A DNA stretch of 64,000 bases from an uncultured Chloroflexia bacterium (GCA_963712745.1 CAVQJC010000006.1:341133-405132), one strand, 5' to 3'. Positions 1-10,936 are shown, numbered from the stretch's first letter. Translations and numbers: made by a program. Notes: generated from the sequence alone by a model not told the origin.

Positions 1-226
1 GTACCGGCCGACGGCCGGTGGCGGACTCGAGCCGGCGCCACCTCAGACCGCCGACTACCGTGACGGTCTGCGGTCGCGCCGCTGGAACGCCGCGCCGCTG
101 GAGAACCCTGAGGTCGAGAAGACCGATCCGCGGATCGCGGTCGCGGCCATCATCCTGCTCGGCGCCCTGACGCTGGCCGTGCTCGTGATCGGCTACGGCG
201 TGGGCCTTTGGAGCCTGCCGGCGTAG
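1..226 (+). CDS. 3' end of a small membrane protein (partial, runs in from the window edge)
   Basis: Frame starting at nt 2 is open to TAG 224-226: ...ENPEVEKTDPRIAVAAIILLGALTLAVLVIGYGVGLWSLPA*, with one hydrophobic helix. Confidence 0.6.
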   Translation, partial: YRPTAGGGLEPAPPQTADYRDGLRSRRWNAAPLENPEVEKTDPRIAVAAIILLGALTLAVLVIGYGVGLWSLPA

Positions 227-882
227 GCGGCCTGTCCACACCCGTCGCCCATGTCGTCTGGGACTGGAACGGGACGCTGCTCGACGACTTCGAGCTGACG
301 GCTCGCGTCGCTGGAAGCACGCTCGCGGCGATGGGTGTCCACGGCCTCACCGGCGACGACGTCCGCACCCACTTCCGTCGTCCGTTCGGTGACTTCTACG
401 CGAGGCTCTTCGGCCGGCCAGTGAGCGCGGACGAGTTCGCCTACATCCGCCGGCGCTATCAGCTCGAGTACGACGCCGAGGTCCTGGCGCTCTCGCTGCA
501 GCCCGATGCCCTGCCGGCGCTGGACCACGTCGCAGCAAGGGCCTCGCAGTCATTGTTGTCGATGGCGCACGACGACCAGCTCCAGGAACTGGTCGACCAT
601 CACTCGATCCGGCATCGGTTCGTGCGCATCGAGGGCAGCCCCACCAGAGACAGCGACGGCAACAAGGCCAGACGGCTGCGTGACCACCTCTCCGCCGTCG
701 GCGTCGATGCACGGCGCACGGCCATCATCGGCGACACCGTGGACGACCACGACGCGGCTGTGGCTCTGGGGGCGCGTTCGGTCCTGGTCACCACCGGCAC
801 CACATCCCGGTCGGTGCTGGAGGCTACCCGAGCGCCGGTGGTGGATACGCTCGTCGAGGCGGCCGCGAGAGCAGTCGGCTGA
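208..882 (+). CDS. HAD-superfamily hydrolase (phosphoglycolate phosphatase-like)
   Basis: Motif I variant VVWDWNGTLLDD and motif IV IIGDTVDD; exact start uncertain. Confidence 0.85.
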   Translation: MEPAGVGGLSTPVAHVVWDWNGTLLDDFELTARVAGSTLAAMGVHGLTGDDVRTHFRRPFGDFYARLFGRPVSADEFAYIRRRYQLEYDAEVLALSLQPDALPALDHVAARASQSLLSMAHDDQLQELVDHHSIRHRFVRIEGSPTRDSDGNKARRLRDHLSAVGVDARRTAIIGDTVDDHDAAVALGARSVLVTTGTTSRSVLEATRAPVVDTLVEAAARAVG

Positions 883-935
883 TCGCTGGCACGTCGCTCG
901 GTATTGGCGGTGTGGTGGGCAGGGAAGGGGTGGTG

Positions 936-3900
936 TCAGGCTGCGCCGTGGCAGCGCTTGAACTTCTTGCCGGAGCCACACCAGCAGGGGTCATTGCGGC
1001 CGATCTTGTCGCCGTCGGGCGGCTGGCCAAGGGCACGCGCGGGCGCTGCACTGACCGTCTCGTCACCCTTCTGCAGCTGCACGTTCTTGGGCGTCTGCGG
1101 GGCCAGCCCGGGCAGGAGCTGCGTGGTCGTCGTCACGGTGGCCCCGCTGGTGGCGGTGGCGCTGCCACCGGATGACACGGCGGGCGTCACAGTGCCGGGC
1201 GAGGCAGGCCCGGCGTCCGCCGCAGCTGCGCCGCCGTTGCCACCGAGCTTCAGTCTGGCCAGCTGCTCGGGGGTGAGCGTGGGCATGGTCGTAGGCTCCT
1301 GGGCCGGGGCCTGCTCGCGCCGCTGGACGCTGACGCGGTAGATGGTGGACGCCACCTGGTGCTGGATGAAGCCACGCAGCTCGGAGTAGAGGCTGTAGGC
1401 CTCGCGCTTGAACTCCACGAGCGGGTCGCGCCCGCCGTAGCCGCGTAGACCTACGCCCTTGCGGAAGTCCTCGAGCTCGGTGAGGTGTTCGACCCACAGC
1501 GTGTCGATCGCGCGCAGCAGTACCGCTCGCTCTACGAGCGACCAGGTCTCCTCGCCGTATTCCTGCTCGCGCTCGTCAAGTGCGTCGGCGGCCATGTCGT
1601 TGATGTAGCCGACGATGTCCTCGCGCGACCCCTGCTCGTCGAGCCTGTCAGCGGAGAAGGCCTCACCGGTCAACCCCAGGGCGCCGAGGGATTCAGAGAG
1701 GCCCTCGAAGTCCCAGTCCGTCTCGACTTCACCCAGGTGCGCCTCGACGACGCGGGCGAGCTCCTGTTCGACGAAGGCCAGGACTGTCTCGCTGAGGTCC
1801 TCGTTGTGGAGGACCTTGTCGCGTTCCTCGTAGATCCGTTCGCGCTGCTTGTTGATGACGTCGTCGTACTCGACGATGCGCTTGCGGATATCGAAGTTGT
1901 AGCCCTCGACACGAGACTGCGCGTTCTCGACGGTCTTGGAGACCATCCGCGACTCGATGGCCACCTCCCCCTCGAGGCCCATCTTCTCCATGAGTGCGGT
2001 GACGCGTTCGTTCGCGAAGCGCTTGAGCAACGGGTCCTCGAGGGACAGGAAGTAGCGCGAGGAGCCCGGGTCGCCCTGGCGACCGGAGCGGCCACGCAGC
2101 TGGTTGTCGATGCGGCGGGCGTCGTGTCGCTCGGTGCCGATGATGTGCAGGCCACCGGCGGCCACGACCTTCTCGTGATCTGCATCGCACTCCGCCCTGG
2201 CTTCGGCGAAGACCTTGTCGTACGTCTCCGTGTCGACCTCGACCGGGTTGAGGCCCATGTTGTGGAGCTTCTGGCTGGCAAGACCGGCGGGGTCACCGCC
2301 GAGCTTGATGTCAGTGCCGCGGCCGGCCATGTTGGTGGCGATGGTGACCGCGCTAGAACGACCAGCCTGAGCCACGATGGGCGCTTCCTTCTCGTGGAAC
2401 TTGGCGTTGAGCACCTCGTGCTTCACGCCCCGCTTCTTGAGCGCCCTCGCCAGCGTCTCGCTCTTCTCGACGGAGGTCGTGCCCACCAGGACCGGCCGGC
2501 CGGCCGCCTGCTGCTCCGCGATCTCGTCGATGACGGCGTTGAACTTGGCTTCCTCGTCGCGGAAGACGAGGTCGGCGAAGTCTTCGCGGATCATCGGCAG
2601 GTGGGTCGGGACGGCCACCACGTCAAGCCCGTAGATCTTGTAGAACTCCTCCCGCTCGGTCATCGCCGTGCCGGTCATGCCGGCGAGCTTGTCGTAGAGA
2701 CGGAAGTAGTTCTGGAACGTGACCGTGGCCATGGTCATCGATTCGCGCTGGATGCGGACTCCCTCCTTGGCCTCGATAGCCTGGTGGAGACCTTCCGACC
2801 AGCGGCGCCCGGGCATCTGGCGGCCGGTGAACTCGTCCACGATGACGATCTCGTCGTCCTTGACGATGTAGTCGCGGTCCCGCTTGTAGAGCGCATGGGC
2901 CCGCAGCGACTGTTCGAAGTGACGCGGCAGTCGAGGGTCCGTCTCGACCCCGTAAAGATCGCGGACGTTGAGCATCTTCTCGATCTTGGCCACGCCTTCC
3001 TCGGTCGCCGAGACAGCGTGTTCCTTGAGGTCGACGAAGTAGTCGCCACCCTCCTCGGCCCCATCCGGCCGGGCCTCGAGGCGCGGCACCAGGCGCGCGA
3101 AGACCTTGTACAGGTCACCCGATTCCCCGGCCGCGCCGCTGATGATCAGCGGCGTCCGTGCCTCGTCGATGAGGATGTTGTCGACCTCGTCCACGATGCC
3201 GAAGTAGCGGTCACGCTGGACCCGCTCGCTGAGCTCCTGGACCATGTTGTCGCGGAGGTAGTCGAAGCCGAGCTCGTTGTTGGTGGCGTACGTCACGTCG
3301 GCGTCGTAGGCCTCCTTGCGCTCTACCGGGCGCAGGTGCACGAGGGTCTCGTCCTTGGTGCGGTAGTCGGGGTCGAAGAGATAGGCCGTGTCGTGCTGGA
3401 TGATGCCGACCGCAAGGCCCAGGCCGTGGTAGATCGGTCCCATCCACTGGGGGTCACGCTTGGCCAGGTACTCGTTGACGGTGACGATGTGGACGCCCCA
3501 CCCGGACATGGCGTTGAGCGCGGCGGCCAGCGGAGCCACCAGGGTCTTGCCCTCGCCCGTCTTCATCTCGGCGATCTTGCCCTCGTGCAGGGCGATCGCC
3601 CCCAGCAACTGGACGTCGAACGGACGCATCCCCAGCTCGCGACGGCTGACTTCTCGGGCTGCCGCAAAGACGTCCGGCAGTACGTCGTCGAGCGCCGCCT
3701 GCATGCGCTTCGAGTCGGCCCTCTGCCGCTCGCGTCGCAGCGACGCCCGGCGTTCGCTATCGGGGCTGTGGATCTCCTCCTCGGAGGGCTCGCTGGCAGG
3801 TGCGGCGGTGCGCACCTCCTCGCGGACCTCGACCATCTCGGCCTTGATCTGCTCGTCGGAGAGTTCGCTGTAGTGGACTTCCAGCTCATTGACACGATCG

Positions 3901-3971
3901 ACGATGGGCTGGAGCGAACGCAGATCTGATTCTTCGGAGGTCCCGATCAGGCGGGACATTAACTTACGCAT
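936..3971 (-). CDS. secA: Preprotein translocase ATPase SecA
   Basis: MKTGEGKT, DEVDNILIDEARTPLIISG, TNMAGRGTDI, GRSGRQGDPG, C-terminal SEC-C GRNDPCWCGSGKKFKRCHG; start trimmed to ATG 3971. Confidence 0.98.
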   Translation of the reverse strand: MRKLMSRLIGTSEESDLRSLQPIVDRVNELEVHYSELSDEQIKAEMVEVREEVRTAAPASEPSEEEIHSPDSERRASLRRERQRADSKRMQAALDDVLPDVFAAAREVSRRELGMRPFDVQLLGAIALHEGKIAEMKTGEGKTLVAPLAAALNAMSGWGVHIVTVNEYLAKRDPQWMGPIYHGLGLAVGIIQHDTAYLFDPDYRTKDETLVHLRPVERKEAYDADVTYATNNELGFDYLRDNMVQELSERVQRDRYFGIVDEVDNILIDEARTPLIISGAAGESGDLYKVFARLVPRLEARPDGAEEGGDYFVDLKEHAVSATEEGVAKIEKMLNVRDLYGVETDPRLPRHFEQSLRAHALYKRDRDYIVKDDEIVIVDEFTGRQMPGRRWSEGLHQAIEAKEGVRIQRESMTMATVTFQNYFRLYDKLAGMTGTAMTEREEFYKIYGLDVVAVPTHLPMIREDFADLVFRDEEAKFNAVIDEIAEQQAAGRPVLVGTTSVEKSETLARALKKRGVKHEVLNAKFHEKEAPIVAQAGRSSAVTIATNMAGRGTDIKLGGDPAGLASQKLHNMGLNPVEVDTETYDKVFAEARAECDADHEKVVAAGGLHIIGTERHDARRIDNQLRGRSGRQGDPGSSRYFLSLEDPLLKRFANERVTALMEKMGLEGEVAIESRMVSKTVENAQSRVEGYNFDIRKRIVEYDDVINKQRERIYEERDKVLHNEDLSETVLAFVEQELARVVEAHLGEVETDWDFEGLSESLGALGLTGEAFSADRLDEQGSREDIVGYINDMAADALDEREQEYGEETWSLVERAVLLRAIDTLWVEHLTELEDFRKGVGLRGYGGRDPLVEFKREAYSLYSELRGFIQHQVASTIYRVSVQRREQAPAQEPTTMPTLTPEQLARLKLGGNGGAAAADAGPASPGTVTPAVSSGGSATATSGATVTTTTQLLPGLAPQTPKNVQLQKGDETVSAAPARALGQPPDGDKIGRNDPCWCGSGKKFKRCHGAA

Positions 3972-4277
3972 GGAGTCCGAAGTATAGGGCTCACGCGCGG
4001 CCGACCCCTGTGAGAGGCAGGCGTGTGTGCGGCTCCAGACAGGCCCAGCGGGACGTGGTGCATGGGCAGGGGCGGGGCGGCACGGCCCTGGGGGCGCCGC
4101 TGGCAGCCCCAACGGCGACCGATGTTCAGCGAATCTTGGACTGACCCCTTGTGTGAAACCGGTTGCTGTCGCTACACTCGGACGAAACGCCGGCGGCCAC
4201 CCCCGCCGGTGTGTCTATATGCGGCCGTTGCAAGGAACGTGCCCTGGCTAACGGTCCGATGAGGGAGAGACACATAA

Positions 4278-4526
4278 GTGAAGCCGTTTTCGGTTGAGCC
4301 CGGAGCCGAGATCGGAGATCCGTCGTTCACCGACCTGATCGCCTGCGAGCGTGACTGCCGCAACTGCAGCTACGCCGCCTGGCTGGACTGTGATGGCAAC
4401 TGCGGTGAATGCGTTCACAACGGCTACTGCCCGTGCGTGAACCCCGTGGTCGCCCGAAGCAAGACCGCACTCAAGATCATCGAGCTGCGCCCCCTGCTGC
4501 TGCAGGACCTGCGCTCTCGACGCTAG
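4278..4526 (+). CDS. Small Cys-rich hypothetical protein (82 aa, 8 Cys)
   Basis: GAGGGAG RBS before GTG, GC3-biased codons, two CxxxCxxC motifs plus CxC. Confidence 0.7.
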   Translation: MKPFSVEPGAEIGDPSFTDLIACERDCRNCSYAAWLDCDGNCGECVHNGYCPCVNPVVARSKTALKIIELRPLLLQDLRSRR

Positions 4527-4547
4527 AAGCGACGGCCCTGACCGCCG

Positions 4548-5661
4548 ATGGACCACGCGTTGATCCGTGATCTCGTGTCCCGCGTCCACGCGACGTCGGG
4601 GCGGCTTTGACCTAGCCGCCAAGGCTCAGGAGCTGGCCGCGCTCGATGAGCGCGCCTCCCAGCCCGACCTCTGGAACGATTCGCGCGAGGCCAAGCGCGT
4701 GCTGAGGGCTGCCGACGGCCTGCGCGAAGAGCTCGACGCCTGGAATGGCCTCATCGAGCGCGTCGACGACATGGCCGAACTCGCCGAGCTGGCCGCCGAG
4801 ACCGATGACGCCGAGCTGGAGGAAGGCGTGGCTTCCGAGTTCGCGGCCGTCGAGGCCATCTATGAGCGCATGCGCACGAGCCTGCTCTTCAGCGGCGACT
4901 ACGACGACTCCGACGCCTTCATCAGCATCAGCGCCGGGGCCGGCGGTACGGAGGCCACCGACTGGGCGGAGATGCTGCTGCGCATGTACCTGCGCTGGTG
5001 TGAACGACGCGGGTTCGGCACCGAGATCGTGGACCGGCTGGAGGGCGAGGAGACCGGCATCAAGTCGGCCACCGTGTGGGTCCAGGGACGTCGGGCCTAC
5101 GGCTGGCTGCGCGCGGAGGCCGGCGTGCACCGGCTCGTGCGCATCAGCCCCTACGACGCTCAGTCGCGGCGCCACACCACCTTCGTTCAGGTCGAGATCT
5201 TGCCCGAAGTGGAAGAGGCGGCGGAGATCGAGGCCATCCCCGATGACGAGCTGAAGGTCGACACCTACCGGGCCCAGGGCGCCGGCGGGCAGCACGTCAA
5301 CAAGACCGATTCCGCGGTGCGCCTGACGCACATCCCCACCGGCATCGTGGCCCAGAGCCAGAACGAACGCTCGCAGCACCAGAACCGTGAGGCCGCCATG
5401 AAGATCCTGCGCGCGCGCCTGCTGGAGCGACGCATCGAGGAGCGCGAGGCGGAGATCCGCGAGCTCAAGGGCGAGCACAAGGACGCCGGCTGGGGCAACC
5501 AGATCCGCTCGTACGTGCTGCACCCCTACCAGATGGTCAAGGACCACCGCACAGACCACGAGACCGGCAACACCACGGCCGTGCTCGATGGCGACCTCGA
5601 TGCTTTCATGGTGGCCGAGCTTGAGCGTGTCGCCACGAAGCGGGAGGGTGGCTCTGCCTGA
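4548..5661 (+). CDS. prfB: Peptide chain release factor 2, translated via programmed +1 frameshift
   Basis: ATG 4548 reads MDHALIRDLVSRVHATSGRL, then CTT TGA C at 4605-4611; +1 frame continues DLAAKAQ...; SPY anticodon-mimic and GAGGQHVN motifs. Confidence 0.97.
4598..4611 (+). promoter_or_regulatory. prfB autoregulatory +1 frameshift site
   Basis: GGGGCGG CTT TGA C: internal SD-like G-run followed by the canonical CTTTGAC slippery site. Confidence 0.93.
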
Positions 5662-6535
5662 GCTCAGAGAAGCGACCGCCGCCGATATCCCGGCCATGCT
5701 CGAGGTCTTCTTCCACGCCGTGGAGGACCTCGACACCAAGCGAGGCCGGGCGCTCCACCCACGCAGCGCGGCGCCGCTGGAGATGCACTTCGAGCACTTG
5801 CTCGTGACCGACCCGAGCTCCAGCTACGTGGCCGACGACCACGGCCGCGTCATCGCCTTCGGGGTGCTCATGCGTCGCGGCGCGGATGCGTTCCTCTCGT
5901 TCCTCTTCGTGGAGCCGTCGTGGCAGGGACGACGCATCGGTCAGAGCGTGCTCGATGCCTGCATCCGTGGGGCCGGCGAGGGCGTGGCGCGTGTCTCGGT
6001 CTGTGCCGAGGCCGACCAGCCCGTGTCAACGGGGCTCTACGCCGCGGCCGGCATGGCCCCGCGTACACCGCTCTACCTGCTGCGCGGCGCCCTGGCCGAC
6101 GACGCGCTGCCGGAGTTGCCCGCGAGCGTCCACCGACGACCCATGGTGACCGAGGCGGTGGCGGCCTTCGACCAGTCCCTGATGGGCTATCAGCGACCGG
6201 CTGACCACGCCTTGTGGGCCCGCGACCGACAGGGCGTCCTCTTCCTGGACGAGACCGAGGCTGTGCTCGGCTACGGCTACGCCCACAGCAGCGGACGGGT
6301 AGGCCCAGTGGCGGCGCTCGAGCCCTCCTACCTGCCCGGCTTCATCGGCTATCTCGCGCACGTCACGCACGTGCTCGAAGGGCGGCAGCTGGTCGTGCCC
6401 GGTCCAGCCATCTCGGCGCTGCAGCCGCTGCTGGCCGCCGGGTTGCGAATCGACGGCGCACCGGCGGTCTACTGTTCCGCAGGCCCTGGTCCACGGTTCG
6501 ACCGCTACATCCCCATGAGCTTCGCCCTCCTGTAG
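5648..6535 (+). CDS. GNAT-family N-acetyltransferase (tandem-domain)
   Basis: LFVEPSWQGRRIGQSVL acetyl-CoA motif; GTG overlaps the prfB end behind GGAGG. Confidence 0.85.
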   Translation: MALPELREATAADIPAMLEVFFHAVEDLDTKRGRALHPRSAAPLEMHFEHLLVTDPSSSYVADDHGRVIAFGVLMRRGADAFLSFLFVEPSWQGRRIGQSVLDACIRGAGEGVARVSVCAEADQPVSTGLYAAAGMAPRTPLYLLRGALADDALPELPASVHRRPMVTEAVAAFDQSLMGYQRPADHALWARDRQGVLFLDETEAVLGYGYAHSSGRVGPVAALEPSYLPGFIGYLAHVTHVLEGRQLVVPGPAISALQPLLAAGLRIDGAPAVYCSAGPGPRFDRYIPMSFALL

Positions 6536-6561
6536 CACAGGCCGGGCCCCACGGAGAGACG

Positions 6562-7392
6562 ATGAGCAAGCTGACACTGCCCGACACCTCGACCGAGATC
6601 GGCGCCGCGGTGGAGGTGGCCCTGGCCGCCTGCGACGCCGCGGACGCCATCTCGCTGGCCTCGTTCCGGCGGCCGATCCAGGTGGAGGCCAAGCCCGATG
6701 CCACGTTCGTGACCGAGGCCGATACGGCCGTTGAACGAGCGGTGCGGGAGTTGATCAGCGCCCGCTTCCCCGATCATGGGTTGGTGGGCGAGGAGTACGG
6801 GGAAGCAGCGTCGGAGAGCGGACGGCGCTGGATCATCGACCCTATCGACGGCACCCACAACTACATGCGGGGCGTGCCCGTGTACGCCACGTTGTTGGGG
6901 CTCGAGGTCGACGGGAGCATGGCGGTCGGCGCCGTCAGCGCCCCAGCCCTGCACCGGCGCTGGTTCAGCTGGGACCGAGGCGGAGCATGGGCCGTCGACA
7001 CCGTGCCCGGCGGCTGGGACCGCGGCTCGGCCGTTCGACTGTCGGTCTCGGCGGTCGAGTCGCTGGCTGAGACCTCGGTCGTCTACTCCTCGTACCCGAG
7101 CATCGTGGAGTCGGGCCTGGCACCCGGCTTCAGCGGCCTGCTCGGCTCGGTCTGGCGAGACCGGGGCCTGGGAGACTTCTACGGCTACATGCTGGTGGCC
7201 GAGGGAGCGGCCGAGGTCATGGTCGAGTCGGAACTCAAGCTCTGGGACCTGGCCGGACCGCTGGCGGTGATGCAGCACGCCGGTGCGCGCGTGACCGACC
7301 TGGTCGGCGGGCTCGACATGCCTGCCCGGGGCGTGCTGGCCACCAATGGGCGCGTCCACGAGCCGGTCCTCGCTGCGCTCCGCGGCCAGTAG
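6562..7392 (+). CDS. hisN: Inositol monophosphatase-family protein, histidinol-phosphatase HisN-like
   Basis: VTEAD, GEEYG, WIIDPIDGTHNY, VSAPALHRRW, WDLAG motifs. Confidence 0.75.
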   Translation: MSKLTLPDTSTEIGAAVEVALAACDAADAISLASFRRPIQVEAKPDATFVTEADTAVERAVRELISARFPDHGLVGEEYGEAASESGRRWIIDPIDGTHNYMRGVPVYATLLGLEVDGSMAVGAVSAPALHRRWFSWDRGGAWAVDTVPGGWDRGSAVRLSVSAVESLAETSVVYSSYPSIVESGLAPGFSGLLGSVWRDRGLGDFYGYMLVAEGAAEVMVESELKLWDLAGPLAVMQHAGARVTDLVGGLDMPARGVLATNGRVHEPVLAALRGQ

Positions 7393-7494
7393 GGCCGGCG
7401 CTCCGCGCCACCAGGGCCGCCTCGAGCGGCCGGCGCGGCCAGTGCCGACGCCGCCGGCGGGCTTGGGGCGACCCCTGTGCTACGCTCGCGGCCG

Positions 7495-8325
7495 ATGAGC
7501 GACGCCGTTTCCCGGGCCGTCGCCGGGCCACCCCCCGGAGCATCCTGGCCCGATCAGGCACCAGCCCCAGTGGTGCCCGGACCCGTACCGCCCGGAGCAC
7601 CAGTCCCCGGCCAGCCCCTGCCTCCGCTGGAGAGGCTCGACTCGGTGCGTCTCGACGCGGTCAGCAAGACCTACGACACCGGCAAGGAAGCGCTCATCGA
7701 CGTCGACCTCGTCATACCCGAGGGCGACTTCATCTTCCTGGTCGGGCCATCAGGCGCCGGCAAGTCGACGCTCATCAAGCTGCTCGTGCGAGACGAGACG
7801 GCGACCGAGGGCCACGTCGAGGTAGCCGGCCATGACCTCGGCCGCATGAAGAAGCGCGAGGTGCCTCTGCTGCGCCGCAAGATCGGCATCGTCTTCCAGG
7901 ACTTTCGCCTGCTGCCGCGCAAGACCGTCTACGAGAATGTGGCCTTCGCGCTCGAGGTCACCGGTACGTCCAAGCGCCTGATGGATCCGGCCGTGGAGCG
8001 CGCGCTGGCGCTGGTGGGACTCACCGAGCAGGCCAGGCAGCGCCCGCACCAGCTCTCGGGCGGCGAGCAGCAGCGCACGGCCATCGCCCGGGCCATGGTC
8101 CACGACCCGCGACTCATCATCGCCGACGAGCCTACCGGCAACCTCGACCCGCTCATCTCGTGGGAGATCATCCAGTTGCTGCTGCGCATCAACGAGATGG
8201 GCACGACCGTGCTCATGGCCACCCACGACGCCGAGGTCGTGACGGCACTGCGCCGGCGAGTGGTGGCCCTCGAGGACGGCCGCGTGGTGCGCGACGAGGT
8301 CGGCGGATACCATCGTGAGTACTAG
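7495..8325 (+). CDS. ftsE: Cell division ATP-binding protein FtsE
   Basis: [35 protein letters not shown]; precedes ftsX. Confidence 0.95.
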   Translation: MSDAVSRAVAGPPPGASWPDQAPAPVVPGPVPPGAPVPGQPLPPLERLDSVRLDAVSKTYDTGKEALIDVDLVIPEGDFIFLVGPSGAGKSTLIKLLVRDETATEGHVEVAGHDLGRMKKREVPLLRRKIGIVFQDFRLLPRKTVYENVAFALEVTGTSKRLMDPAVERALALVGLTEQARQRPHQLSGGEQQRTAIARAMVHDPRLIIADEPTGNLDPLISWEIIQLLLRINEMGTTVLMATHDAEVVTALRRRVVALEDGRVVRDEVGGYHREY

Positions 8326-8337
8326 GGCCGGCCGCTG

Positions 8338-9225
8338 ATGCACTTCGTTCGCTTCTCGATCAGGCAGGCCCTGCAGGGCCTGTGGCGCAACAGCGTCATG
8401 ACGTTTGCGGCCACGTTCACGATGATCCTCATGCTCATCCTGCTGAGCGCCCTGGTCATCGTCATCTCCGGCGTGGAGGCCGGCATCGAGTACATCGAAT
8501 CGCGCGTGGAGGTGCGGGCCGAGTTGCACGATGGCCTGCTCGAGGAGCGGGTGACCGACTTCCAGGCCCAGATCGAGGGCCGGCCGGACGTGACCACCGT
8601 GGTCTACGTGAGCAAGGAAGAAGCGCTTGTGAACTTCCGGGACGCACGGGCCGAGCAGGGCCAGACCGACATCACCGGCGCCTACGTCGGATACAACCCC
8701 TTCAACGCCTACCTCTCGGTCGAGCTGCGCGACCCTCGCCGCTCGGGAGACCTGGTGGAGGCGCTGGAGTCGGAGACCGGGCTGGTCACTCGAGTGCTCG
8801 GCCAGCAGTCGGGCATCGACCGACTCGTCGCACTCACGGCCCAGCTGCGCAACCTCGGAGTCATCGTCCTCAGCTTCGTGGCCTTGACGGTCTTGCTCAT
8901 CGTCGTCAACAGCATCCGCATGGCCCTGATGGCGCGTGCGCAGGAGATCGAGATCATGCGCCTGGTGGGGGCCTCCGACCGCTACGTGCGCTGGCCGTTC
9001 GTGCTCGAGGGCATCTTCATCGGGCTCGGCGGAGCGGTGGTCACGCTGGTGCTGTTGCTGGTCGCCTCGCCGGGCATCAGCGACATCGCCAGCGACATCG
9101 CGGGCTCCGTGCCGCTGGGCTTCGACCGCTCCCTGACCATGCAGATCATGGCCATCACGCTCGGTGCCGGCATCGGTCTCGGCGGGGTGGGTGCCTGGAT
9201 CAGCGTGCGCACCTACCTGCGTTAG
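8338..9225 (+). CDS. ftsX: Cell division permease FtsX
   Basis: Four TM segments, [11 protein letters not shown]...VRWPFVLEG. Confidence 0.95.
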   Translation: MHFVRFSIRQALQGLWRNSVMTFAATFTMILMLILLSALVIVISGVEAGIEYIESRVEVRAELHDGLLEERVTDFQAQIEGRPDVTTVVYVSKEEALVNFRDARAEQGQTDITGAYVGYNPFNAYLSVELRDPRRSGDLVEALESETGLVTRVLGQQSGIDRLVALTAQLRNLGVIVLSFVALTVLLIVVNSIRMALMARAQEIEIMRLVGASDRYVRWPFVLEGIFIGLGGAVVTLVLLLVASPGISDIASDIAGSVPLGFDRSLTMQIMAITLGAGIGLGGVGAWISVRTYLR

Positions 9226-9241
9226 CAGCGACCGATCCCCG

Positions 9242-10624
9242 ATGACCTCTCCCGCCGAAATGCCGCCGCCGGCTCCTGACCAGGATTCGCCCGGAACGGG
9301 GCGCGGCGGCTCGTCAGCGGGCCTGGTGGCGGCAGTGCTGCTGGCCGTCTCCGCCGCCGTCATCTTCCTGGCCGGTCTCTCCCTCGGCGATGGCCCATCG
9401 GGTCGCAACGCCGAGGAACGGGCAGCCATCGAGGCCTTCACGGAGACCTATCAGCGCATCGCCGATGACTACATCGGCACCCCACTCCCGGCCGAGCTGC
9501 TCGAAGGCGCCATCGAGGGCATGTTCGACGTCCTCGATGACCCCCACTCGCGGTACATGAGCCCCGACGAGTATGGCTCCGCGCTCGACGACGCCCGCGG
9601 CGAGTTCGAGGGCATCGGGGCGGTGATGAGCACCGAGGACACCGAAGGTGAGCGCTGCGAGCCCATCGACGAGGTCTGCCGACTGCTGGTGGTGGAGGTG
9701 CTGGCCGGTGCACCGGCACAGTCCGCCGGGCTGGCCCCGGACGACATCGTGACCGAAGTCGACGGCACCGCGCTCATGGGCCGCACCATCGACGACTCCG
9801 TCCTGCTCATCCGCGGGCCGCGGGGCAGCGAGGTCACGCTGACGCTCGAGCGGAACGGCGAGGAGCTCCAGCTGGTCATCACCCGCGACACCGTCGTGAC
9901 CGAGGACGTGCATTCCGCGACGCTGTCGGACGGACGGGTCGGCTATATCGCCATCGAGAGCTTCAGTGCCAAGTCGGCCGATGACTTCGAGGGGGCCCTG
10001 CGCTCGCATCTCGAGGGGGGCATCGACAAGCTCATCGTCGACGTGCGCGATGATCCCGGCGGCTTCGTCGATGCCACGGTGGAGATCAGTAGCCAGTTCC
10101 TCGCTGACGGTGCGGTGCTGTGGGAGGAAGATGCCGCAGGCAGGCAGGTGTCGGTCGACGTCTCCGGCGGCGGACTCGCGACCGATCCGTCGATCGAGGT
10201 GGTGCTGCTGGTCAACGGTGGTTCGGCCTCGGCCAGCGAGATCCTCGGCGGAGCCCTGCAGGATGCCGGCCGGGCCCGGCTGGTGGGTGAGCCCACGTTC
10301 GGCAAGGGCACGGTGCAGGAATGGAGCGAGCTGCCGGGTGACAACGGTGGTTATCGGCTGTCGGTGGCCAAATGGCTGACTCGCGACAAGACCTGGGTGG
10401 AGGGCGTGGGCCTGATACCCGACGTGGTCGTGCCCGATGATGAGGGGCGCTACTGGGCCGGCGCGGCAGGCGGCGACCCTGAGGCCGACCCGCAGCTGCA
10501 GGCGGCAGTCGCGCTGCTGCTGGGTGGGCCACTGTCGAGTCCGTCCCCGCTGGCCACCGAGGCGCCCGCCACCATCGAGGCAGCCGAGCCGGCATCCTCG
10601 CCCGGCCCTGCGCCTGGGGGCTGA
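9242..10624 (+). CDS. ctpA: S41 C-terminal processing protease (CtpA-like) with PDZ domain
   Basis: [39 protein letters not shown]; N-terminal TM anchor. Confidence 0.92.
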   Translation: MTSPAEMPPPAPDQDSPGTGRGGSSAGLVAAVLLAVSAAVIFLAGLSLGDGPSGRNAEERAAIEAFTETYQRIADDYIGTPLPAELLEGAIEGMFDVLDDPHSRYMSPDEYGSALDDARGEFEGIGAVMSTEDTEGERCEPIDEVCRLLVVEVLAGAPAQSAGLAPDDIVTEVDGTALMGRTIDDSVLLIRGPRGSEVTLTLERNGEELQLVITRDTVVTEDVHSATLSDGRVGYIAIESFSAKSADDFEGALRSHLEGGIDKLIVDVRDDPGGFVDATVEISSQFLADGAVLWEEDAAGRQVSVDVSGGGLATDPSIEVVLLVNGGSASASEILGGALQDAGRARLVGEPTFGKGTVQEWSELPGDNGGYRLSVAKWLTRDKTWVEGVGLIPDVVVPDDEGRYWAGAAGGDPEADPQLQAAVALLLGGPLSSPSPLATEAPATIEAAEPASSPGPAPGG

Positions 10625-10825
10625 GATGTGCCCGGGGTCCCGCCATGCGAAGCTTGGTCGGACAGATGCACCGAGCAGTCGGTGTGGACACCGCCACGCA
10701 TCGGCTGCCACGGACGAAGTCGCTGACCAGTTGGCGTGGTCAAAGTCACTGAGCAACAACAAGGCCGAACGCTGCCACTTGACAGGTCGGGTACCGTCTC
10801 CTCAAGCGAAAGGAGGTGGTGTGCA

Positions 10826-10873
10826 ATGCAAACTCGTTTAAGTAGCAGCACCGCCTCGGAGGTTCGACGCTAG
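10826..10873 (+). other. Putative 15-aa sORF (MQTRLSSSTASEVRR) inside a structured small RNA
   Basis: AAAGGAGGT SD at 10809-10817, ATG 10826, TAG 10871-10873 at a hairpin loop. Confidence 0.5.
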
Positions 10874-10902
10874 TCGAGCCGACCGGGTGGTGTTTGCCAC
10901 GA

Positions 10903-10936
10903 GGACGCCGGCCCACTTGGGCCGGCGTTCGTATGT
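10903..10936 (+). terminator. GC-rich terminator-like hairpin
   Basis: GGACGCCGGCCCA-CT-TGGGCCGGCGTTC followed by a weak T-containing tail. Confidence 0.6.

Noticed and set aside
1485-3929. Long antisense ORFs (814 aa here; also 19737-22457, 36563-38665, 7750-9441, 15999-17576)
   Set aside because: Shadow ORFs opposite well-conserved genes, expected in high-GC DNA with strong codon bias; no recognisable motifs
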